This document shows, one piece after another, positions 37,551 to 48,800 of a DNA stretch of 58,995 bases. Position numbers and translations under genes: made by a program. The notes beneath the pieces were generated by a model, which saw only the letters and a program-made list of their open reading frames with translations, did no database searches and was not told where the DNA came from. Every line of letters begins with the position of its first letter. The stretch's first letter is position 1. Source of the stretch: Catajapyx aquilonaris. Taxonomy: Eukaryota. Location: NCBI GenBank assembly GCA_000934665.2, contig JYFJ02002324.1, forward strand, positions 1 through 58,995, given 5' to 3'.

Positions 37551-37899
37551 GGGAGGCGGAGTGGCGCTGCGGTAACGTATTTGCGCCCACGGATGTTAAG
37601 GTCCCGGGTTCGATCCCAGCCCGGGGACACCCTCTTCATCTCGTGCAGAGTTCAGGGTCACCTCTGGCTTTGTCTCGGGTGGTATTTCCAGACTAAACCA
37701 CCCGGGGGAGTTCACTAAAAATGGCCACCACGTCAGATGCACTGCACTTGCACATCCCCTCCTGTCATCCTGCCCGTGGGACCGGGCGCTTCTCAATGGC
37801 TCCAACTTGTACACTATGTACGATCAAATAATAAAGGTCCGTGCCGAACGCCGAAAGGTGAAGCACTACCCCCACTATTATTATTATATTATTATTATG
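37551..37899 (+). mobile_element. tRNA-derived SINE family D
   Basis: A box TGGCGCTGCGG, B box GGTTCGATCCC, (ATT)n tail, and 12-bp TSD AGATCCTACTAA at 37539-37550 and 37900-37911. Confidence 0.85.
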
Positions 37900-39329
37900 A
37901 GATCCTACTAAATTTTGTACTCCCAACAAGTCCACACCAAATGTCAACTGCTCACATTGCCGCAGGGAACCTCCACACTTCAATGGTGGGGGAATTTTTA
38001 ACAGAACGTCATTCTTAGGTAGGTTGTGCACTTTATCACGCGTTCCAAGGTACAAATGCAAGTGATTACTCTGTGACTACAGGATCTGTAATGTTTTTAG
38101 TTTTGTTTCATTTTGTCTTTATATATTTTTTCCATTGTAGTTTGTTTTACAAGTCAGTTTCGTCCAGGAAGAAAGAATTTTTGTTTCTGTCCAACGTTGC
38201 TGTATTGACAAAAATATGTCTTGAGAAAATGTCATTCTTTATAAGTACAAACATTTCTTCTTAAGTTGTATACTTTAGTAGTTTAGTACGTTAAACCCCT
38301 ATTTCTGTCCTCTTTTTGAGTCATGTAGCACTGTCAGGAAAGCTCGTACGTCACGTCTGGCTACAGTGATGCTACCGTGCGATCAGCCACCAGTACGTTG
38401 CTAATAACCGAAATCTCTTGGCATCATTCAAACTTGTGCATCAGGTCACTTATAGTTAGATAGGCTTGTAACAGGTTTCACACCATCCTGAAACGTTGCC
38501 AAAATAGGCCTAGACATGCCCAGTCAGCACATTCTGGGTATAAACTGCTTGATATTTCAAACACGTCACGATATGTCCTGGTGCGTCAGGTCATGATTTC
38601 CCATGAAATTTAGTTGAAGACGCTGTCAACAATGGGAATTTGGAGTTTTAGGAATTTTACGAGTTGACCTCTGCCCCCCTCGAAATGTGGTCACGTGGTC
38701 ATTTTGAGTAGGCAACTTTAGGTGTGTTTTTAATCCCTTGGGGTGGGCTACCAATGCACCAAATTTCATGAAAATCCGCGAGTGGCACTTGGAAAGTGTC
38801 CCTTGTGAGTTGGAGAGGTCATAACCTTTGACCTTGTATGTAGGCATTCGCCGAAACGGTTTGTATTTTGTTTAATAACTTACCTGCATATATTATTGTG
38901 CCAAGTTTCATTCAGCAACTCCATTTACAATATTTACAGTTCCCTTGTGAGTACAGATCAAATATATCAATGGGATATAAGCAAAGCTGTTTCTTCAGGT
39001 GAATACTCACCTAATCTGGCAACACGAAGTCCTCGGTGTAATTATCCTACGGAAGATGGCTCACTATCGCCAACCAATTAGTGCTTCGAATTCACATCCG
39101 CACTGCCGACCCATTTTAAAACTTGAAGGAACTCGCTATTTTCACCATAAAAAGTATTGCTTCGATGTGATTTTACATTAAATGTAATCCAATCATCAGG
39201 GGAGCATCCTTGATGGTTCCAGTAATAGTGATATACGTAGGAGACACATTGATTTCCCACGGCTCTGTCAAATTGAGTGAAAAATCCCGGGTTCAAAATA
39301 TTTACCGGAGCTTGAAAGCGGACAATAAT

Positions 39330-40620
39330 TATGAAACTATGCGAGTCCAATGAACGAGACTTATCGACCTGGTAGTCCTAAGGCAACTACTGCGAGGTTC
39401 ATAAATTTCAGACGGCTACGTCAAATGGGGTGTGGATGGAAAGCTTTGAAACCAAATATCTCTGAAACTATGAGGGTCCAACGAACGGGTTAAAAAAGTC
39501 CCAATAGTCCAAGAGGAGTAGTATACAGTCCATTAATTTGACATCGATCCGCCATAATTATGTGGTTTCTGCCACCTTTTTGAAACCTAATATTTCTGAA
39601 ACTATGCGAATCCAATGAACTACACTTTATGAGACGGATACTACTCGGGAAGTACTATCAGGCCAGTTAATATTTCAGAATGCTATGGCAAATGGTGCGC
39701 GTACAATCGCAGATGAAAATTTTGTTGGGCAACCATTGAAACCAAATATCTCTGAAAGTAGAAGGGTCCAATGAACGGGATAAAAAGGTCCTAATAGTCC
39801 AAAAGGAGTAGTATAGGCTACAGTCAATTAATTTCACATCGATCCGCCGTATGTGGTTTCAGCCACCATTTTGAAACCGAATATTTCTGAAACTATGCCA
39901 GTCCAATGGACGACATTTATGGGCCTGATACTAATCAAGAAGTACTATCAGGCCCGAAAATTTCAGATGGCTAGGTCAGATGGGGAAATTACAATCGCAG
40001 TTGAAATATTTTTGGGGGGCAACCTTTGAAGCCAAATATCTCTGAAAGTAGAAGGGTCCAATGATCGTCGTCAAAAGGTACAAATAGTCCATTGAGAGTA
40101 GTGCCTAATCCATTAATTTCATTCCGATCCGTCGTGGGTGGTGAGCCAACTTCACACTTTCGGCCACTTTTTTGAAACAGAATATTTCTGAAACTATGCG
40201 AGTATAATGAACGAAACGTATGGACCTGGTAGTCCTCGGGACGTAGTACACAGTCTATTAATTTCAGACGGCCACGTCGAATGGTGTGCGCACAATCGCA
40301 GTTGAAATGTTTTGGCGGGATAACTTTGAACCTTTACAGCTCGGAAACTAGAGGAGTCCAATGACAATGAGCGGGGTAAAAATGTCCGATGAGTCCATTG
40401 AGAGTACTCTGAATTCCATTAATTTCAGCTGGATGGGAGATAGGTGGTGAGATGCATGAAGTTGGCTCACCACCTTTTGAAACTAAATATCTCTGAAACT
40501 AAGAGGGTCCAATGAACATGGTAAAAAGGTCCAAAGAGTCCATTGAGAGTACTACATAGTCCATTGATCTCAATTCGATCCGAGATAGTTGGTGAGGCAA
40601 CTTCACACACGTCAACATTT
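39330..40620. repeat. Degenerate tandem array of about 9 monomers (130-160 bp) alternating between two types
   Basis: The anchor AATATYTCTGAAACTA...GTCCAATGAACG recurs at about 39331, 39463, 39596, 39753, 39887, 40042, 40188, 40343 and 40493. Confidence 0.8.
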
Positions 40621-41339
40621 CCGCGAGTCCGACCAGCTTGACGAATTCACAACGCCTCATTTCAGTTTTTTGCCTCTCCTGTAAAATTAGATCTCATAGA
40701 CCTCTGCCCTTCCATTTTGGGTCATTCATTTGTTCTGCTTATAGCAGTGACTTAATAAACTGCAACATTTTACAACATTAATTATTATAAGGCATGTTTT
40801 TTAAAACAAACAAAGATCCTAGGATTCCAACAAGGATGTCAGATGCAGGATAGCTTAAAGGCAGAGATAATTATTTGGAACCATGTTTCTATTAGCCACG
40901 TTGAATAAAATGTGCGATGGCTGGTTTGCCAACGACACCACTGGTCCTCGTGCTCAACACCATAACCTATATTGATATATCATGCTGTAGCTATGAGAGT
41001 TATGATTAGGGGGCGGATAGTTATGCTCTTAAAAAGGTCGAAATATGCATGCAAATATTCCCACAAAAATAGCGAAATATTGTCTCAAATATTCTCTAAA
41101 ACTTGCATTTAATTCGCGATTTATTCTTGCGTTACGCTGAAAAATAAATACATGCAAATTATGTGCCATGGACTTGAGACTTTATCTCACGCAAGAGGTT
41201 TATTTCTTACACAACTTGATCATTTTCATCAATTGTCTTCAGTTTCACTATTGAAGTGACAATGAGAGACAATAATTTTTCCAAATTGGATGCAGTTAAT
41301 CGGTGCCTTGTCTCACTCAGAGTGGCCTTGAGTATTGAA

Positions 41340-41807
41340 AATGACCGCTCCACATCACATGTCGTTATTGGTGCGTTTCAAAAAGGTAAGCTATTGTCCC
41401 AAGGTTTGCAACATAATAAATAAAATACAGGAAAAGGTGGATAACAAGATTAACGAAGTAAAAATGTATGTCATGATTCGGATTTTCGTACAAATCACGC
41501 CCTCGTATATACGTAGGAAAAATCTATGTAAAAACATAACTATCCACCCCCTAGTTATGATAAGTATCAGGTTCTTCGTCTGAAGTCCTTGTGTGAGCTT
41601 CATTTTCGAGGCTGTGCAACTGTGGAAACAGTACTAGACATTTTGAATTTGGTCATTATGGTTGTCTCACCAAGACTGAAGGAAGCATGTGTGAAGTTTG
41701 TCAAGTCCAATATCGGAAATATGGCAGCAGTGAAGGAGTCTCACTTTTGGAAAGAGTGTACCAATGTAAGAGTAGTGAAGTTTCTTTTTTATAACTGTTG
41801 CCTGTAG
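41340..41807 (+). pseudogene. Decayed SPOP/TDPOZ-like BTB-BACK gene fragment
   Basis: From 41556, YDKYQVLRLKSLCELHFRGCATVETVLDILNLV...RLKEACVKFVKSN...VKESHFWKE resembles SPOP ADKYALERLKVMCE...LSVEN...LKTQAVDFI...W. IYVGK (compare FIYTGK) lies upstream in another frame, and the frame is closed by TAA at 41529. Confidence 0.55.
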
Positions 41808-42519
41808 GATAATTATCATATTAAAATATGATATTTACATGGTGCTAAATATCCCTTTTTTATTACAAGTGTTCTGTTGTGCCGGTAAAATTCTGCCCAT
41901 TATAAATGTTATTTCAATGGACGTAAACTTTCTATCTTTTTATCATAAGGACTCACAGTAGGTTTTTAATGATAGTCTTTATCACTCTCCACCCTGTGAG
42001 ATGTTATACAATATACATCATTAAGGAGGTCATAATTTCGAGGACCTGAATATAAGGGCACCAAAAAAGAAGTGCAAGTCTCTTGCAAAGAGAGGTAGAT
42101 TGTTTGGATAGAGTGGCCTTACTGGCGTGCAGGAAGCGGGAGGGTAGTAGTAGGTGGGGGCAGCGCGCTGCCCCCACCTACTACTACCCTCCCGCCACCA
42201 AAAACGTTGTTCTCAGTGCCATCACTACCTCAGGAGGAGCCTTCGACCATGTATATATGGTGTCTACCTTAATGGTGTCATACATGGTCAATTGGTCATC
42301 TATATGGTCGAACATCGAACACTTTGAATTTTGGCGCCTCCAAAAGCGCCCTCGTACGGCCATTTTGGGAAACACTACTGTTATTGGCAACCCTGCTTTC
42401 TCATTGTGAAGTCCATGTCCTGTTGGCCACCCTTTTCCTGCTGGCAACATCGAAGGCACCATCCAGATCCAGTCCATCCAGTCTCTGGCACCATCGAAGG
42501 AGAACTGGAGAATAGGAAA

Positions 42520-43729
42520 ATGGCTGCATCGTCAGGGGAAGGGAGCTGGGCAGGTAGATCTGAGGACGAGGCCTCGTCTCTCCTGGTCAAATGCGTTACC
42601 CCAAACAAGGACCAGGAAGAGGACAACTCGTTGGCTCAACGGGAGGTAAATAACTCACATTTTGCACCCAAAGAGAGCAATATTATAGTCACGTTCCATT
42701 TTATAGTGGCATGGGAATAAGGGATCGGTCAGGCGGCCCATGGCCAGGCCCAAGGATTCCAACCAGGCGAAGAAGGATGAGTTTTATCCACTCATGAAGG
42801 AGTATGTCCGGTACTGGCCAAATCCAGAGGGACCTGCCCCCACACCAGAAGACGAGGTCCAGCAGAATCCCATGGCAAAGTGGCGCAGGAGGCGGCCTCC
42901 GATTGAACAGAAGGATGAGCCAGAAGACATCAGCTGGAACCTGGCCCCGACCCGCCCTAACCCTACCAATAAGCCAGGAAAGGAGATAGTAATCAGCCTG
43001 GATGACGACTCGTCCTCATCTGATGAAGAAGTGGAGGGACGTGGCAAGGAGAAGGGTGATGAGGAACGAAAGGCCAAGGATAAGGGTGATGAGGAGCGAA
43101 AGCCCGAAAGCAAGTCAGAGATTATGGGGAACATGAGGAAGAAGGTGATGCTCTATGCCGAGAGCCTGTACACGCTTTGTGATCCCAACGATGAGGTAAA
43201 ATCACTCGCAGGATATCCACACACCCGTATTAATAAGGTGTTAGTCACTATAGTGAAAATGATGAACTCGGATGGAGAGACAGGTGACCAAAAGGCCCCA
43301 GAAATTAACTGCAGTTGAATCGGGATATAATAACAACCTCGGCTATAACAGACTTTCGCTTATAACAGACTCGAAAGGCCGGTCCCGGCACACGTCCAGA
43401 TATGGCTTTTGTGTTCGGCTATAACAGACATTGGTTACAACGGACTGATTTCCGTGGTCCCTTGAGGTCTGTTATATCCGGATTCAACTGTAGTAATTAA
43501 TTAATTATTAAATAAATAAGTATCTGCTGATGGGTCAATGAAAGCAATGATGTGCTCCAGAAAGTGATTATCCAGTTATTTACAAAATCTTGTGTGGAAA
43601 CTGTTGCATATTAACTACTACACTTGCTGATGTTGTGTCTTTTTCCAGGTCGTTGAGCCCATGGAGAACCTCTCGTTGGCTTATGAAGACTATGGGATGG
43701 TGCAGGTCGTCAAAGGACGACCAGGATAG
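42520..43729 (+). CDS. Uncharacterised 3-exon orphan protein (about 231 aa), charged and probably disordered
   Basis: ATG at 42520. Exons 42520-42645, 42707-43195 (alternative in-phase donor after 43237) and 43649-43729 (TAG) all join in phase 0 via GT-AG. Intron 1 is 61 nt, like other minimal introns here. AATAAA at about 43854. Confidence 0.55.
43312..43490. mobile_element. Tigger/pogo-like MITE in intron 2 of the orphan gene
   Basis: CAGTTGAATCGGGATATAA / TTATATCCGGATTCAACTG|TA with internal TATAACAGAC repeats. Confidence 0.75.
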
Positions 43730-44391
43730 CCACGTTGACTCAGAAAGGTCATTCAATTTATGTTCCCATTAATTCCCAAATGCCATTTTTTTTTTTTTTT
43801 CGAAATTTGTGACCTGCACTCTTGTAACAATCAATATACACATGGGGCTACTGAATAAAGAATAAGAAAACAGGAGTTTTTCTGTGACTTCATAAAGGCC
43901 ATCCATGGCACAATAATTTATTTAGAGATTATTTTAGTATGATAAGACATCCCAATAATATTTTGGATTACACTTATTTAGGTATAACTTGTGTGGCAAA
44001 TTATTTATTATTATTTTTAAATGTAGGCTACCATATAATATTATCCCATTCCCAAGCCAATTGGGTTGTTTGGAGGTGAACTCAGATAATTATGTATGGT
44101 GGATAATATAAGAAAACTTTGCAGAATGTTTAGAATATCTCAGTCAGCAATGTGCAATATAAAACAGAAGTAAAGAGGATACAGTATTTTGACATTTTCC
44201 TTTCAGCTTACAGTCAGTGACAGGCCTTACTAGTAGGTAAGTCAATTACACCGTGAATTACATGACAAAAATATCTGGCACTGATTTTGGGAAAGTAAAA
44301 ATAGTGAAAATTTGTTTCACATTATACTGTGACATAAGGGCCTACATATTTGTAGCAAAATAATGTTGCATTTTTTGACACTGAACGCGGG

Positions 44392-44554
44392 CTGTGTCGC
44401 AAAGGCAAGGATAAAGGATATAGGCATGTATCCGCTGAAGATAGGTCTGTATCCGCAAGGAAGGAAGGTTAGGCTTGGTTAGGTTAGGTTGGTACAGCAT
44501 ACCTCTTCCAAAGTCCAAAAAATCAATCCTTGCATCCTTGCCTTTGCGACACAG
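44392..44554. mobile_element. MITE with internal TTAGG-like repeats
   Basis: Perfect TIR CTGTGTCGCAAAGGCAAGGAT / ATCCTTGCCTTTGCGACACAG. Confidence 0.7.
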
Positions 44555-45868
44555 ACAAGCTGCCCCCAGCCACCACTCACCATGTCGCCTCCTGCATGCC
44601 AGTAAGGCTTACTCTTTCCGATTGTTTAGTAATAAGTTATTTTCACAATTTATTGGGATTTCATAACCTTTTACGTAAGTAAATTCGGTGGGCAATTACG
44701 AAAATTTATTATACTGTATATTAAAGGTTTTGTCTCCCAACCTGTAAGTTTGTGACAAAAAAAAATTTAGATCAATTTAGTATGGCAGTATATGTTGCAT
44801 TTTTAAAATTTAAGGTTTTCATTGATATTAATACTTTCAAACCGCAAAAAGAGAACCTGCGGATAAGGGAGCTCATGATAAGGTACTTAAAAATTGTAAG
44901 ACCCACACTACCCTTTTCCTGCAAGATTAATTTACTTTCAGTCTCTCTTGCAGATCTTCCCTCCTCCCTTTCCCTCTGTCACCCTCTGACATGGCAGGCT
45001 GGCTATATTTTTAGTTGTTCACTTGTTCTTTTGTACTAGGACCTGGTGTCATAGTTACAAGTGGTAATCCTTCAGTAACTCAACTGTTATTGCACTATTT
45101 ATTGGAGAAAATATACTGACATTGCACCAGCATTGAGCCTAAGTTACTCTCATCAGGAAATGGCACTAACCGTTGACCTACAGCATAGCACAAATTCCAA
45201 TTCCTTGGAAGTTTTTGGCATGTTTTCTGCTGTTATTGTCATGGGAAAAAGGAAAGATGTTTTGAATCCATTTCATTTGAAATAGATTGACAGATGGAGA
45301 GAGGGGTATGCATCTAAATCCTCTCTCGACTCTAAATAAACACAGGCTATTGGATTCAGCATGACTAAGGCAGTGAAACCTGCAGGTCCCCAAGGAGAGT
45401 CTGTTGTTACTTCAATTACTATGGATAATCACCCGCCAGCATTTGAGATTCTTGTAGTCTTTATAGTGACAGCCGCTGTCAATTCAATAAAATTGAGGGA
45501 AATTGTTTGGGTCTTTGGGTGTGAACCAAGATGAAGGAGCCATTTGCCATTTAGTATGCATTTCAATTCATACTAACTTAATGAATGAATCATTTATTCC
45601 ACCATTACTTTATTCATTTATCCCTCTTTGTACAGTAGTAATAAATAATTTTTCCCAACGTAAATTACCTCTTAGAACACACAACATTCCAACATAGTGA
45701 AAGTATGTATTATTCTCAATGTGGGCACTATGCCAAACTTGCACTTATGTCACAGCAACTAAAATAGCTGATAACAACTAAATTGCCATATGTGACACAG
45801 TGATGTTCAGTAATAATTGACACAAAAGATGATCTTGAATTGCAAAAATTCTCTGTTAAAAATGTGAC

Positions 45869-48800
45869 TTATTTGGCTTCCTGTGACATGTGTTCCACCA
45901 TGCGAGTAACAAACTCCTTCAGGTGGGTCTGGCGCATTCTGGCTGTATCCATCACCTCTTCATGATTGGCTTCTTTGGAGCAGTCGTATTCAATGATGCA
46001 TTCATTTGTAACCAGGCTGAAGGCAAACAGACGGATTCCACAATGACGAGCTACCAGAACCTCAGGAACAGTGCTCATACCTGTGAAAACAAAAAATGTA
46101 GTTTTGCTGGAAAATAGACTCAGCTAGTTAGGTCTCACCAACTGCATCGACTCCAAGAAGCCTCAGCAAACGAAGCTCTGTGACAGTTTCATAGGCTGGT
46201 CCTCCCACCATAACGTAGACACCTTCATGCAGGATGGAATCTAAGCCTAGTTCTTTGGCAACATCCTTTGCCAGACCCCTCAGTCCCAAGTCATATGCAT
46301 TGTTCATTGGTGGAAAGCGTGGTCCAAATCTGAAGGCAGCAATTGTGTCTTCATTTAGTTAATAAATACTAATTTAAAAACTCACCTATCATCATTAGGA
46401 CCAATCAGAGGGCTGTTTCCTCCAAATCCCAGCATGTTGACATGGTCCTTCATCACCATAATGTCTCCAACACGATATGCTGGATTCAGTCCTCCAGCTG
46501 CATTAGTCAAGATGAGCTGAGTGACTCCCATAAGCTTCATCACTCGGACTGGCATAGCACACTGTGAAGAAATTACTGCATTATAATCACATGGTGCCTT
46601 TCACTACAATAATATTGATCAGTTTCACAAAGCAAAGGCAGCAGTGAACTTGAGGTTTTGACATTTGCACCAGAGGAGGTTTGTGATTTATTTATTGTAA
46701 TTATAATATTTTTTATATGAATATTTTTTTACTTTGTTTACCCCGTGATGTCCCTTACGGGATCTATAGGGGGATGGCACACCACCATCAGTTTTCTATA
46801 TATCTTTAAGCTTATTCTTTCTCCAGTGCAAGGAAACAGGACATTGGGAAAGGATAGGGATTGTTGGGGAGGGGACATTGTGCAGGTGCAATGTCTTAAA
46901 CCTTTGGGGGCCATGTGCAGTGCAGTCCCCCAGGAGGTTAGGTTGCCAGACACCTTGGTGCAGGTCAGAGACCCTCCCGACGCAGGTGAAAGGGAACTCC
47001 CAGGTGGGGATCGAACCTGGGACCTTTCACTCAGCAAGCCGAGACGTTAGGCTACCATCTCAGCCACCACACCTCCCCATTATTGTAATTATAATATAAA
47101 TATGGAGAAAACATAATGCAAAGTGTACCTTCCATAGTGGATATCCTTCAAATGAGTGAAAGCGACCCTGCATGCAAACAACAGAAACATTGGCCAATAT
47201 ACCAATGACTAGCTTTCCCGCATGTCCAGGGACAGTTGACACAGGGAAGTTGGGTATCTCCTCATAGGGGAACTCAATGGGTTCCTGCAGAAGTTCAGCA
47301 AGTCCACCTGCAATTTCAAGGTCATGAGAGAGTGCTGACCTTTCTTAACTCTATATAGTGATGCCTATAATTTACCCTAGACCTTGTTGATACCCCATGG
47401 TTATGGGTTACTAGAGGATGATAAGTTCTAGGGCATGTCTAAAGTGCAAGTCCAGCAATGCTTTCACAAGATCTTTCATCCCTTTCCCATCATATACAAA
47501 GTACTAGATGACCTCTGAACTTGGTTGATATAAAGGTCATTTCTCACCCTGTGCAAAAATTCTGCCCATGTGCTACTTTGGCTGATGTTGAGAAATGTAA
47601 TATTTACTTGTTAGCTATTTTGTCCCTGCTGCATAAACCAGTGAGTGTAGGTTTTTGGAAGCTGAACTTTCACCAGGATTCGAACCTAGGACCTCCAGCC
47701 GTAATCAGCTGTTGCTCTTCCAAACTGAGCTATGAAAGCAATCTGCTTCATAAGAAACCCACACGAACAGGAGGCATGCATCTCTCGTGAAATGACAAAG
47801 AAGTAAAGTCTTCTCTGTTGTAACATTTGCCAGACACTGTATGAGACAAAGATTGAGAAGATTTTGAATTTTTATAGTACAGCATAACTCTACCATTTAC
47901 AAATGATCATGGTCGAAATGAGTGTCTACTTTTCCTGGGGCATGAGGCAGTTTCAGCCACTTTTCACTTTTGGCACAGTATATTTTTATTTGCACTTGGA
48001 AACCGTATTCCAGTGCAAGAATATGCAATGGCTGTCCATTATACTAAACCATTAATTTTCTTTACAATCATTTACCTCTTCTTTGATATAACTGGACAAG
48101 TTTGCAAAACACTAGGAAGGTCATTTTGAGAAAACACAACTTCCACAACCTTTGTTATTGAGGAAAACAAGGCCGCAAGTTGTAGTATACAGATAAAAAG
48201 AATTTTCGTGGTAAAGGAATTGTCAGGTTGCCACTTGCATTATTCTTGACTTCTGGTTCCCACCACAACCCATCACGCAATCATATCGATGATCAGTCAG
48301 CAGGTTCACTCACCCAGTCCAGATCCACATACGATTCCAATGCGAGGCCTATGGGCTGTCCTTTGCAAAATGTATTGGGCCGTCTCCTCCACTATATCAT
48401 ATGTGTATCTAATAAAAATAAAATAAGTGGTGAGAGAATAAGGTGGATTAAAAGATTAGGAAAAAAAAAATGAGAGAAAGAATACTAGGGGTCAGTTGCG
48501 TTAGTGAGGGCATCTTCATGATAACCTAACCTTCCTTGACTTAATGACCTAAGCACGTCAAAGGCAGCTGGGGATAAATTATTACGTCTCGAGGAGGACA
48601 GTATCATATCAGTTGCCAAGTGTCGAAATCCTGCTTCGTTGAGAGAGGTTGAGTGTCAGATGTGAACCATTAAAAATTTCTAAAAAATGGAGAAGTGTTA
48701 ATCTGCATCATACACAGGCATATTGCCAAGATCTATAGCCTTAATCCGGATCATATAGTCCTATTATGGTCCCATTCGAGCACAGGAAATGCAAGCCTGG

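Noticed and set aside
39330..40620. Hammerhead-ribozyme-like words (GAGTCC-AAT-GRAC-GAAAC) in the tandem array
   Set aside because: The required CUGANGA core reads CTATGCGA, and stems I and III are not evident; probably coincidental.
44465..44492. Interstitial TTAGG telomeric repeat
   Set aside because: Only a few imperfect units are present, inside a MITE.
47666..47739. Possible true tRNA gene
   Set aside because: A diverged homologue occurs at 13475, and I could not assign a clean anticodon arm; treated as a SINE head. tRNAscan-SE would decide.
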